NCBI GenBank assembly: GCA_902566955.1
Contig: CACFKX010000005.1
Coordinates: forward strand, 516-64,515
Source of the DNA: an uncultured SAR86 cluster bacterium
GTDB taxonomy: Bacteria > Pseudomonadota > Gammaproteobacteria > Magnimaribacterales > AG-339-G14
DNA length: 64,000 nucleotides
Direction of reading: 5' to 3'
Positions 53,508-62,651 of the stretch are shown in pieces; position 1 is the stretch's first letter, and every line of letters begins with the position of its first letter. The position numbers and the translations under genes are program-made. The notes beneath the pieces were generated by a model, which searched no databases, was not told the origin of the DNA, and saw only the letters and a list, made by a program, of their open reading frames with translations.

Positions 53508-54946
53508 TATGCATCCACTATCCAAGTATCTTTGCTTCCTCCGCCTTGAGAAGAATTTACAACTGTCGAGCCTCTTTTAAGTGCGACTCTAGTGAGACCT
53601 CCAACTGTCACATAGGTATGCTTACCAGAAAGAATAAATGGTCTCAAATCCAAATGCCTTGGAAATAACGAATCTCTTCTAAATGTTGGCGATGTTGATA
53701 AATCTATTAAAGGTTGAGCAACATAATTTTTAGGATCTTTCATTATTAATCTTTTTAACTTAAGTATTTCTCTTTCGTTTAAGTTTTTACCAATTGATAT
53801 TCCATATCCACCTGACTCTGCCACAGGTTTTGTAACCATTGTTTTAATATTTTCAAATACATAATCTCTTTCATTTTTATTCGCAAGCATGAAAGTTTTT
53901 ATACTTGGAAGTATAGGTTCTTCCTTTAAATAGAAATTAATCATTTCTGGAACATAAGAATAAACAGCTTTATCATCAGCAATACCGCATCCAGGTGCGT
54001 TAACAATAGCTACATTTTTACTCTTCCAGGCTCTTATTAATCCTTTTACCCCAATAACACTAAACGGATTACCTACTTCAGGATCAAGATAGTCATCATC
54101 AATTCTTCTATAAATAACGTCTACCTTTTGAAGTCCTTCGATTGTTTTTTTATAAACTATATTTTTCTTAACGATTAAATCTGAACCTTCGACTAGGTCT
54201 ATCCCCATTTGTTGCGCGAGATATGAATGTTCATAATAAGCCGAGTTATAAATTCCAGGTGTAAGTAGAACAATTTCAGGTCTTTTTAATTTGGATAATG
54301 ATGCTTCCTGTAAGCATTCATATAGTTTAGTGGGATATTCGTCTATCTTAGAAACGCCATAATGTGAAAATAAATCAGGAAAAACTCTTTTCATAACGTA
54401 TCTATTTTCTAGCATATAAGACACTCCAGACGGAACTCTCAAGTTGTCTTCAAGAACATGAAAGTCTCCTTTTATATCTTTTACGAGATCGCTGCCAGAA
54501 ATATGGGCCCAAGATTTATTAGGTAATTTAGTACCCTTACAAAATTTTATAAAATATTTAGATTTTATTATTAATGATTTATCGATGATTCCAGAATTAA
54601 GAAAACTTTGTTCGTTATAACAATCCTCAATAAAATAATTGAGTGCTTTAGTTCTTTGTTTCAGTCCCTTCTCGACAATGTTCCACTCACTTTTTTTTAT
54701 AATTCTAGGAATAAAATCTAAAGGCCATGTTCGTTCTTCAGAACCTTCATCAGAGTAAACTCGAAAATTGATACCCATTGATTTGATGGCAGATTTTGTT
54801 GCGCTATCAAGTTCTTGTAGATCGTTATGTGAAAGAGATTCAAAAAAATTTCCAATTTTTCTTAAGTGACCTCTAACAGTGCGCTTTGGTGTAATATACT
54901 CATCGTACGATTTAGATAGCTCATACTTAGACCATGAAAGTTTCAT
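53507..54946 (-). CDS. Circularly permuted type 2 ATP-grasp protein
   Basis: ER..PLD.IPR.I, LEDNLRVPSGVSY, LTPG.YNSAYYEH, VDVIYRRIDD, GGLTRVAL..GS.VVNSSQGGGSKDTW. Confidence 0.93.
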   Translation of the reverse strand: MKLSWSKYELSKSYDEYITPKRTVRGHLRKIGNFFESLSHNDLQELDSATKSAIKSMGINFRVYSDEGSEERTWPLDFIPRIIKKSEWNIVEKGLKQRTKALNYFIEDCYNEQSFLNSGIIDKSLIIKSKYFIKFCKGTKLPNKSWAHISGSDLVKDIKGDFHVLEDNLRVPSGVSYMLENRYVMKRVFPDLFSHYGVSKIDEYPTKLYECLQEASLSKLKRPEIVLLTPGIYNSAYYEHSYLAQQMGIDLVEGSDLIVKKNIVYKKTIEGLQKVDVIYRRIDDDYLDPEVGNPFSVIGVKGLIRAWKSKNVAIVNAPGCGIADDKAVYSYVPEMINFYLKEEPILPSIKTFMLANKNERDYVFENIKTMVTKPVAESGGYGISIGKNLNEREILKLKRLIMKDPKNYVAQPLIDLSTSPTFRRDSLFPRHLDLRPFILSGKHTYVTVGGLTRVALKRGSTVVNSSQGGGSKDTWIVDA

Positions 54947-55001
54947 TTTGTTATTTACTTATCTCCAATTTATCGAATATAACATCCATTTAGATTAAAA
55001 A

Positions 55002-55739
55002 ATGACCTATTGTTTAGCAATAAAAATAAATAATGGATTAGTATTTGCTTCAGATTCAAGAACTAATGCTGGACTTGATAACATAAGCACATACTCAAAA
55101 ATGTTTACATTTAATGTGGGAGACAGAGCTTTTGTAATTTTAACATCTGGAAATCTTTCTACCTCACAAGCTGTTTATCACAGAATTGAAAAAGATTTAG
55201 ATTCCAAAAACGCAGTAAGAAGCTTAAATACATGCGCAGACATAGAGGAGGTTGCTACTTATATTGGCGAACTAAACGTTGAATATCAATCTAAGACGCA
55301 AGAAAATTTGAATCAGGGATCTGCCATCCTTGGTTCTTATTTTATAGTTGGTGGCCAAATAAAAGGGCAAGATCCAAATCTATTGCTTGTATATCCTGAA
55401 GGAAATTTTATTTATATGTCTGATGATCAACCTTATCTGCAAATCGGAGAGATTAAATACGGTAAACCCATCCTTGATAGAATGATCTATCAAAATATTT
55501 CACTAGGTGATGCGGCTCGTGTCGCTTTACTTTCTTTAGACTCTACAATGAGATCAGATCTAACAGTAGGACCTCCTATTGATTTAGTTGTTTTTAAGAA
55601 AGATGAAATTAATTTGGATTTTCAAGAACAACTTAAACTTGATTCTCCTTTTTTTAAGGAATTATCAGATATTTGGGCTGAACAAATAGATAAAGGCGTT
55701 AGAAAATTGCCTAAGTTTCATTGGGAAAAATTCGATTAA
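55002..55739 (+). CDS. anbu: Proteasome-type NTN protease (Anbu)
   Basis: N-terminal (M)TYC nucleophile, SDSRTNAG.D, SGNL, YPEGN, QIGE.KYGKP.LDR, S.DSTMRS.L.VG.P.D. Confidence 0.9.
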   Translation: MTYCLAIKINNGLVFASDSRTNAGLDNISTYSKMFTFNVGDRAFVILTSGNLSTSQAVYHRIEKDLDSKNAVRSLNTCADIEEVATYIGELNVEYQSKTQENLNQGSAILGSYFIVGGQIKGQDPNLLLVYPEGNFIYMSDDQPYLQIGEIKYGKPILDRMIYQNISLGDAARVALLSLDSTMRSDLTVGPPIDLVVFKKDEINLDFQEQLKLDSPFFKELSDIWAEQIDKGVRKLPKFHWEKFD

Positions 55740-55780
55740 AAAAAGCCTTGCTATGAAGTAGTTATTCTTTTGATGAGAAA

Positions 55781-56587
55781 TTATTCTATATCTCTAAAAT
55801 TTGGTTTCCTTTTTTCGATAAATGCAGTTACACCCTCCTTGAAAACATCCCCATCACAAAGTATTCGTTGTGTATCTCTTTCATAATCGAGCTGCTCGTT
55901 AAGAGTATTTTTAAGAGCATTATCATGTGCTCTAACAATAGCTTTTAATCCGGTAATAGATCCATTAGCTAGTTTTATTGCATACTCTAATGCTTTTTCT
56001 TTTAATTCATCGTCAGGAATTACTTCCCATATCAATCCCCAATTTAATGCTTTACTTGAATCGACGTCTTCACCTAAGAGCGCCATTCCGTTTGCCCTTG
56101 CTCTACCAAGTAAATTTGGAATTAACCATGAAGCACCAACGTCAGAAATAATTCCTAGTTGTGGACCAAAAACGAGTTTGAATTTTGCAGACTCTGAAGC
56201 AACTATTAAATCACCGCAGAGAGCTAACCCAACTCCTCCCCCGGCAGAAATACCATTTATTGCGTTAACAACTGGTTTAGGGCAATCAACAATTTTTCTA
56301 ACTAAAGGATTAAAGCCAATCTCCATAGCATTAGCAGTTGACTCTCCTGGTGACCATTTAGGATCATGAGGCCAACCTCCCCCAGCTAGATCAGCGCCAC
56401 TACAAAAACCTCTACCTTCTCCAGTTATGATCACTGATCTTATAGAACTATCCTCATAGATTTCATTAAAAGCTTCTAATAAAGAATCAACAAGTTCTTT
56501 ATTCAAGCTATTTAAGACCTCAGGTCTGTTAAGTGTAAGTATTGTTACACCCTCCTTCAAATTTTCTACCTTCAATACCTCTGTCAT
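55781..56587 (-). CDS. Enoyl-CoA hydratase/isomerase (PaaG-like)
   Basis: LNRPE..N, GRGFCSGADL, AINGISAGGG, EGV.AF.EKR.P. Confidence 0.88.
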   Translation of the reverse strand: MTEVLKVENLKEGVTILTLNRPEVLNSLNKELVDSLLEAFNEIYEDSSIRSVIITGEGRGFCSGADLAGGGWPHDPKWSPGESTANAMEIGFNPLVRKIVDCPKPVVNAINGISAGGGVGLALCGDLIVASESAKFKLVFGPQLGIISDVGASWLIPNLLGRARANGMALLGEDVDSSKALNWGLIWEVIPDDELKEKALEYAIKLANGSITGLKAIVRAHDNALKNTLNEQLDYERDTQRILCDGDVFKEGVTAFIEKRKPNFRDIE

Positions 56588-56712
56588 ATTTTCTCCATTT
56601 AATGATCACCTAACTTATAAATAATAATATGTTACGTTTTTGTAAATTTATTATAATTTTAATTATCAACTAACCTAATGTTGTATATTAAGTTATCTAA
56701 TAAGGAGATTAT

Positions 56713-57414
56713 ATGAAAAAAATAAAGTTTATATTATTAAGTTTAATCCTCTCTTCCTTAACTTTTGCAAACAACGACGGCCCTGTTGTTGGATATTTTG
56801 GTATTTCTACTGAAGATCCATTAACAGTTCTAAATGCTGCGAATAAGTTAAACAGAGATTGTCCTGCTGCAGGAAGGTTTACTCTTTTAGCTAATACATT
56901 TGATGCAGACGATGAATCAACTCATTTATTTGTTGGCACTTTTGCAAATAATGAAGAATTTATGGATTATTGGAATAGCACAACCTCTTGTGATGGATGG
57001 TCAAAATACTTTTCCAAAACTAATCCTGTAGTGGATGTTACTTTTAATTCAATGGGGATTCCTCTCATGGGCGGAGGAGATCAATTGAAAGATTCAGTTT
57101 TTCAGGCATTTAACATATCTGTAACAGATCCAGCCAAATTTGCTGGAGCTTATGCAGAATTGATGCCTGCACTTGCTGCTGAAGGAATTTGTCCTAGCTC
57201 TTGGGGATTAGTCGCTATCGGAGCAGGTACAAATCCATCTTGGGGAACTCATTTAACATTCTGTGGATATCCTGACATGAAAACTTATCTTGAAGTTTCG
57301 CATAGAAATGCAAAGAGTCCTTCACCCGCATTCATAAACTTTCAATCTAAAGTGCAAGGTGTTGTAACAATTGAAAGGGTCTCTATGAGTACTGTTGTTG
57401 CAAGATTCGATTAA
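56713..57414 (+). CDS. Secreted two-repeat His/Cys protein (paralog 2)
   Basis: Signal peptide, AAGGAG RBS, close similarity to the 57434 ORF (DCP, STH, SC.GW.KYF, GGD.LKD.VF, CP.SWGL, GTH..FCGYPDM). Confidence 0.8.
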   Translation: MKKIKFILLSLILSSLTFANNDGPVVGYFGISTEDPLTVLNAANKLNRDCPAAGRFTLLANTFDADDESTHLFVGTFANNEEFMDYWNSTTSCDGWSKYFSKTNPVVDVTFNSMGIPLMGGGDQLKDSVFQAFNISVTDPAKFAGAYAELMPALAAEGICPSSWGLVAIGAGTNPSWGTHLTFCGYPDMKTYLEVSHRNAKSPSPAFINFQSKVQGVVTIERVSMSTVVARFD

Positions 57415-57433
57415 TTTAATTGGAGAATAAAAA

Positions 57434-58129
57434 ATGAAAAAAATATTATGTTTTGCACTTTTTTTTAGTTTGTCCAATGTTTGGGCAGCTGATGGTCCTT
57501 TCTTTGGTTTTTTTGGTATAGAAACAGATAATCCTTTAGGAGTTTTGTCAGCTACAGATAAACTCTCGCAAGATTGTCCTGGAGGATCAGCTGTAGTCAG
57601 ATTAATGGCCGAAAACTTTAATGCAGATGAAGTCACTACTCACTCTTATGCAGTATTATTTGAAAATAATGAGTCATATTTGCAGTGGAGTGGACAATGG
57701 GCTTCTTGTCCTGGCTGGACAAAATACTTTCAAACTATGTCTGAAATATCTAATTCGACATATGAAATGTTAGCCTTTCCGGTTGTTTCCGGCGGTGATA
57801 CATTAAAAGACAAAGTTTTTGTTTCTTGGATTATGGATGTATCTGATCCAGCTGCTTATGCAAAAGCTTATTCTGAACTTATGAATAGTGCGGATAGTCG
57901 CTGTCCAGGTTCATGGGGATTAGCAGCTTGGGGTCCGGGATCAAGAGTAGAAAGCTATGGAACTCATATGGCTTTCTGTGGTTATCCAGATATGGCTTCA
58001 GCTATGGAAGTATTTCAAGAAAGAATGCCTACAAAATCTATGCAGAAATTTTATTCTAAAGCTGGAAATGTCAGGCAACTTATTGGAACTAACTTAGTCA
58101 CGATAATAAAAGACTATATGCCAAACTAA
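57434..58129 (+). CDS. Secreted two-repeat His/Cys protein (paralog 3)
   Basis: Signal peptide (VWA-A), GGAG RBS, tandem paralog of the 56713 ORF. Confidence 0.8.
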   Translation: MKKILCFALFFSLSNVWAADGPFFGFFGIETDNPLGVLSATDKLSQDCPGGSAVVRLMAENFNADEVTTHSYAVLFENNESYLQWSGQWASCPGWTKYFQTMSEISNSTYEMLAFPVVSGGDTLKDKVFVSWIMDVSDPAAYAKAYSELMNSADSRCPGSWGLAAWGPGSRVESYGTHMAFCGYPDMASAMEVFQERMPTKSMQKFYSKAGNVRQLIGTNLVTIIKDYMPN

Positions 58130-58223
58130 AAAAATGAGCTATACGATTTAATCGTAATATTTTCTATTATTATTCAATTTAGTAAAAACATTGATGTATA
58201 TTGGTAATATTTAAGGAGAGAAT

Positions 58224-58931
58224 ATGAAAAAATTATTATTATTAATTTTTATATCTTCTGGATTTATCTATGCGCAAAGTGAAAGGCATGTAATGCATGT
58301 TTTCTATCATATGAATGTAACGAATCCAGCAGGTGTAATTTCAGCTTTGGATAAGTTTCATGCATCTGATTGCGGTAAGAAATTTCCAGGCGACTTAGGG
58401 TTAATGTCTGAAACACTTAATGGAGCAAGTGACTCTACGCATTTTATTATTGCCTCTTATATGACAAGAGAGGACTTTCAAAATGCAGGCGCATTAACAC
58501 AAAGCTGTCCAGAAGCTGCCACAATGCTTGGTTCTTTAATGAGTTCAGCGAGTCCAGTAACAGATCTTGCAATTATTCCTATCATTGAAGCCAATGATTG
58601 GACTATTGATGGTGCATTCACTAAATATGACATGAGAATGAATCTAGAAAATGAGGAAGAGTACGCCAAGGCATGGTCAGAACTAATGGAATCTAATGTT
58701 GAATCAGGATCTGTTACAAGCTCTTATGGATTAAACAGAGTTCTATATGGCAATGATGAATTTACACACTTTGTTTATATCGGAGCTTCTGATTTTGTAA
58801 CTTTGACAGATGGGGCTACAGAATTAACATCATCAAAGGCTTTTGAAAAATTTTCAAGGAAAGTAAAAGGGATGAGAGAAGTATTAAATACTTCTTTGGT
58901 AATTCCTGTCAAAGCCTGGCCGAGAAGATAA
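58224..58931 (+). CDS. Secreted two-repeat His/Cys protein (paralog 4)
   Basis: Signal peptide (IYA-Q), AAGGAG RBS, STH and FTH motifs, Cys pair. Confidence 0.8.
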   Translation: MKKLLLLIFISSGFIYAQSERHVMHVFYHMNVTNPAGVISALDKFHASDCGKKFPGDLGLMSETLNGASDSTHFIIASYMTREDFQNAGALTQSCPEAATMLGSLMSSASPVTDLAIIPIIEANDWTIDGAFTKYDMRMNLENEEEYAKAWSELMESNVESGSVTSSYGLNRVLYGNDEFTHFVYIGASDFVTLTDGATELTSSKAFEKFSRKVKGMREVLNTSLVIPVKAWPRR

Positions 58932-58938
58932 TTTCATT

Positions 58939-58972
58939 AAAAAAAAGAGAGGCTTAGACCTCTCTTTTTTTT
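58939..58972. terminator. Bidirectional intrinsic terminator
   Basis: Perfect 14-bp inverted repeat AAAAAAAAGAGAGG-CTTAGA-CCTCTCTTTTTTTT. Confidence 0.85.
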
Positions 58973-59895
58973 ATTTGTTCGGTTCTTAAAAATATAAAAA
59001 AGCTCAACGTAGCTAAGGAGCAAAGAATATGCCATATTCCATGGGGTTGGATTAAGGAATCTGGATTACATAGAGGTTGATTTGGATATCCTTGCAACCA
59101 AATTACAAAAGCTGAAATGTATAAAAACATTCCAATAAAAAACCAAGGGAAATGCTTTCGTTCGTATTCAGGTTTCTTATTACAAACGATCCCAGGAAGC
59201 CAGAAAAATAAAATCCACCAGTATTGATCCAGATTACTAAATATTTCTTGTGGATAGATCCCAAATATTGCAGCAACAAGAAAACCCATAAAACCGGAGA
59301 GAAATCTCATTCTTTGGCTCCAATATTTAAAAAGGAATTCAGAAACTATCCATACTCCTATAGAGACACCATAAACGCTGAAGCCAATGCCCATCCCATC
59401 TCCTAAAAACCATCGTCCTAATCCATACGCAACAATGATGCTGAAATAAACTTTAAAAAAGGTATTAGTACTCCATTTAGCCATAACTTTGAAGTTATAT
59501 AGCCAAGGGATAACTATATACATAACCATACTTAAGTTATCTGCCCAACCGCCCCATTCTGTGTGAGTTCCATGCATTAAAAACGATCCGGGTCCTAAAA
59601 AAATGGCTGCAGATGCATATAAAATTGCTATTGGAGTAAGAGTATGGAAAGTATTTACATTTTCTTCATCTCGATTAAGGACATGAAACATTATCAAGCC
59701 AGTTACCATAAAGGCTAAGTTTGTAATAGTATTTACAGGCTCTCTGAAAATACTATCACTAACTCTTTCACACCACCTTGATACCCCTCCAATCTCCATT
59801 CCTGGCTCAAGAGAAATACCTATACCAAGAAAAGCAAAAATTCCATAAAGAAAAAGAAATAAGAAACTGATTAGATAAGCAAGACGAATGGCCAT
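58954..59895 (-). CDS. Ceramidase-like (CREST superfamily) membrane hydrolase
   Basis: WCE...EPVNT.TNL, SFLMH..D (SxxxH), HGIWH (HxxxH), many TM helices. Confidence 0.75.
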   Translation of the reverse strand: MAIRLAYLISFLFLFLYGIFAFLGIGISLEPGMEIGGVSRWCERVSDSIFREPVNTITNLAFMVTGLIMFHVLNRDEENVNTFHTLTPIAILYASAAIFLGPGSFLMHGTHTEWGGWADNLSMVMYIVIPWLYNFKVMAKWSTNTFFKVYFSIIVAYGLGRWFLGDGMGIGFSVYGVSIGVWIVSEFLFKYWSQRMRFLSGFMGFLVAAIFGIYPQEIFSNLDQYWWILFFWLPGIVCNKKPEYERKHFPWFFIGMFLYISAFVIWLQGYPNQPLCNPDSLIQPHGIWHILCSLATLSFFIFLRTEQIKKREV

Positions 59896-59937
59896 AATTA
59901 ATTATATAGCCATAGAGTCCTGTAAATTAGAAAAGAT

Positions 59938-60414
59938 TTACGGAGTTCTCATTACCTCAGGTGGAGTACACTTGAGGATTGAAGTAGTGTTAAGTTCTTC
60001 TAACACTAATTTTAGTTTCCTGTATTCAGTAACTTCAGGATTTAAGCCTACAGAGCTGATTCCAATAAAACTAGTTCCAACCAAGGGATCATGCTTTGTT
60101 AATCCATATGTGGAGTAACTAGTACTTCTATTTGCGTTTTCTACTACTTTTTCAGATAAATTATTGATTAAATTAGAGATTCTTATTCTGTTAGCTTGCA
60201 TCTCAGAACATGACAAAGTTTGAATGTCTAAAGGATAATGCAACGTTTCATCATTAACTGCACCTTTACCGCCATTCTGTTCTATAAAGTCATCAAGCAT
60301 AATTGATGCAGATGAATAAGTTGTGACATTTGTTCCAGCACAGTTTGCTAAAACAAAGACTAACAAAGGAAGGATCAATACTTTGTTAAATTTTTTCATG
60401 TTTATTATCTTCAT
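59938..60414 (-). CDS. Hypothetical lipoprotein
   Basis: LANC lipobox after a hydrophobic stretch, GGAG RBS, two further Cys. Confidence 0.65.
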   Translation of the reverse strand: MKIINMKKFNKVLILPLLVFVLANCAGTNVTTYSSASIMLDDFIEQNGGKGAVNDETLHYPLDIQTLSCSEMQANRIRISNLINNLSEKVVENANRSTSYSTYGLTKHDPLVGTSFIGISSVGLNPEVTEYRKLKLVLEELNTTSILKCTPPEVMRTP

Positions 60415-60639
60415 AAACCCACTCCATGAAGTTTTCCTTTATTTTTCTCATTATTAAGAAAAAAGAATTTTATTGTCAAAATGACACTTAGTCAAACTAA
60501 CAAAAACATATTTCGTTCATAAATTTTACTATATTTGAGGTTAAAAAGCCTTAATTTATAAAACATATATAAGATTTTTAAAAAAACCAAAATCTATCAT
60601 GCTAATTAAAATAACTTAATGTAAAGTATCTTTTCTTTT

Positions 60640-62412
60640 ATGGATATCAATCAAATCATCCTTTCAGCCGTACTCTTGGTTATGGTTGTTATGTTTATCT
60701 GGGGCAGATTTCGATACGATGCAGTAGCATTAACAAGTCTTGCAGTTTTAGTGATTCTTGGTTTTGTTCCAGCTAAAGAAGCATTTGTAGGGTTTGGACA
60801 TCCCGCAGTAATAACAGTTGCGCTTGTTTTATTGATTAGTAAAGGCCTAGAAGCATCAGGATTGATAGGGAAAATTGGCAATCTATTACAGAAAATTGCT
60901 AATAGTGAATTTCAGTTCTTAGTCATATTGATGGGTATTGCAGTCATACTATCTTCTTTTATGAATAACATTGGTGCTATGGCGATGTTATTACCTGTAA
61001 CTTTGGGTATATGTCAGAAAATGGGCTGGTCCCCTTCTAAATTTTTAATGCCTCTTGCCTTCGCATCAATTCTTGGGGGTATGAATACAAAAATTGGAAC
61101 GCCTCCAAATATTATTATTTCCGAATTTAGGGACCAATATTCCGATCAAGGGTTCGAATTTTTTGATTTTGCCTATGCAGGGTTGCCTGTGAGTATCGGA
61201 GGCGTAATTTTTATCGCATTACTTGGTTTCATTCCTGTTAAAAATAGATCTGGTGACAGTGATTCATCTTCTTTAGTTGATATTAATGAATATTTAGTTG
61301 AACTTGTGATTGATAAAGATAGCGATCTTATAGGTAAAAAAACTCAAGAATTCAGGAAGGAACTAGGTTCTGACACAGTACTCATAGGTTCAGTAAATGA
61401 AACATCTGATGCCAGGGAAATTTTAAGTAATTTTGAGGAATTGAAAGAATCTCAAATTCTACTTTTGAAAATAAATCCAGAGGAAGTATCAGGACTACAA
61501 GATAAGTATGGTCTTTCTCTCAGAACCGAAATTAAAGATCTTGATTCAGGAAGCTTTGGTGAAATTGAAACCATGATTTCTCCAGGGTCAAGATTAATAG
61601 GTAGAACTATAAGCTATTTTTCAAATATGGTTGGGAGACAGATGGCTGTTCTTGGGTTGTGGAGGAAAGGTACAAATTTTCAAGGAAGCCTTTCAAACGA
61701 ACATTTCAAGGCTGGAGATGTGTTGTTGATTGCTACTAGAGAAGAACAAAAAGATACCAGTGATAAAATGCAAGATCTTGGTTTGATGCCTCTTTGGCAA
61801 AGAGAGTTAGATGTAATAAAGGATGATTCTAAAGTTTTACTTTCATTAGGGTTATTTTCTTTTAGTTTACTTTTGGTTATCACAAATTTTTTAAATGTCG
61901 TCATAGCATTTTTACTATGCGTTTTAGCATTTGTTGCGTCTAAACTACTAAAACCAAATATGCTTTATCGTCATATTGAATGGCCTGTTATTGTATTGCT
62001 TGGAGCTATGATTCCTATAGGCGATGCACTATATGACAGTGGTCTTACAAATATATTAGCAACCGTAATAGCGACTCAATCTATTCAATTTGGTCTAGTT
62101 GCAACCCTTGTTATTTTGATGGTAGCCACAATGTGTCTATCTGATGTCATTAATAATGCAGCGACTGCAGTTATTATGGGACCTATATCAGTCACAATTG
62201 CAAATCAGTTAGGTCATCCTTCTGAACCATTTTTGATGTGTGTTGCAATTGGTGCAAGCTGTGCTTTTTTATCTCCTATCGGACATCAATGTAACACTTT
62301 GGTAATGGGACCAGGTAATTATAAATTTGGAGATTATTGGAAATTAGGTCTACCATTAGAATTACTCATAATAGCCATTTCAACACCATTGCTCCTGATA
62401 TTTTGGTTTTAA
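60640..62412 (+). CDS. SLC13/DASS family permease with TrkA-C domains
   Basis: GFGHPAV, SSFMNN, GTPPN, two soluble RCK-C-like repeats, INNAA, SPIGHQCN..VMGPG.Y.F.DY. Confidence 0.88.
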   Translation: MDINQIILSAVLLVMVVMFIWGRFRYDAVALTSLAVLVILGFVPAKEAFVGFGHPAVITVALVLLISKGLEASGLIGKIGNLLQKIANSEFQFLVILMGIAVILSSFMNNIGAMAMLLPVTLGICQKMGWSPSKFLMPLAFASILGGMNTKIGTPPNIIISEFRDQYSDQGFEFFDFAYAGLPVSIGGVIFIALLGFIPVKNRSGDSDSSSLVDINEYLVELVIDKDSDLIGKKTQEFRKELGSDTVLIGSVNETSDAREILSNFEELKESQILLLKINPEEVSGLQDKYGLSLRTEIKDLDSGSFGEIETMISPGSRLIGRTISYFSNMVGRQMAVLGLWRKGTNFQGSLSNEHFKAGDVLLIATREEQKDTSDKMQDLGLMPLWQRELDVIKDDSKVLLSLGLFSFSLLLVITNFLNVVIAFLLCVLAFVASKLLKPNMLYRHIEWPVIVLLGAMIPIGDALYDSGLTNILATVIATQSIQFGLVATLVILMVATMCLSDVINNAATAVIMGPISVTIANQLGHPSEPFLMCVAIGASCAFLSPIGHQCNTLVMGPGNYKFGDYWKLGLPLELLIIAISTPLLLIFWF

Positions 62413-62651
62413 TTGCCCTGAATAATTGTCCCTCTCATAAAAAGTTCATAATAACGAGAACAATTATAATTTCTTAACTCTATGAGCATATTTAGATACT
62501 TCTGTTTATCGGAGTCTAGGACGGATTTATGATCTAAATAACATGCATCAAACTCATCTAAATCATACATAGAGTTCTTAATTACCTTTTGATAGGTGCA
62601 TGAAGATAAAGATAATAATAGAAAAAGGATCAGAAAATTATTGATTCTCAT
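62409..62651 (-). CDS. Small hypothetical lipoprotein
   Basis: LSSC lipobox; start overlaps the 3' end of the ion channel gene. Confidence 0.55.
   Translation of the reverse strand: MRINNFLILFLLLSLSSCTYQKVIKNSMYDLDEFDACYLDHKSVLDSDKQKYLNMLIELRNYNCSRYYELFMRGTIIQGN

Noticed and set aside
56610-56637. Second dif-like sequence CTAACTTATAA-ATAATA-ATATGTTACGT
   Set aside because: The XerD arm has three mismatches to the E. coli arm, including the conserved inner T, and lies in very AT-rich promoter DNA; probably chance
60600-60627. XerD-arm-like TAATGTAAAGT
   Set aside because: No plausible XerC arm at 6-bp spacing
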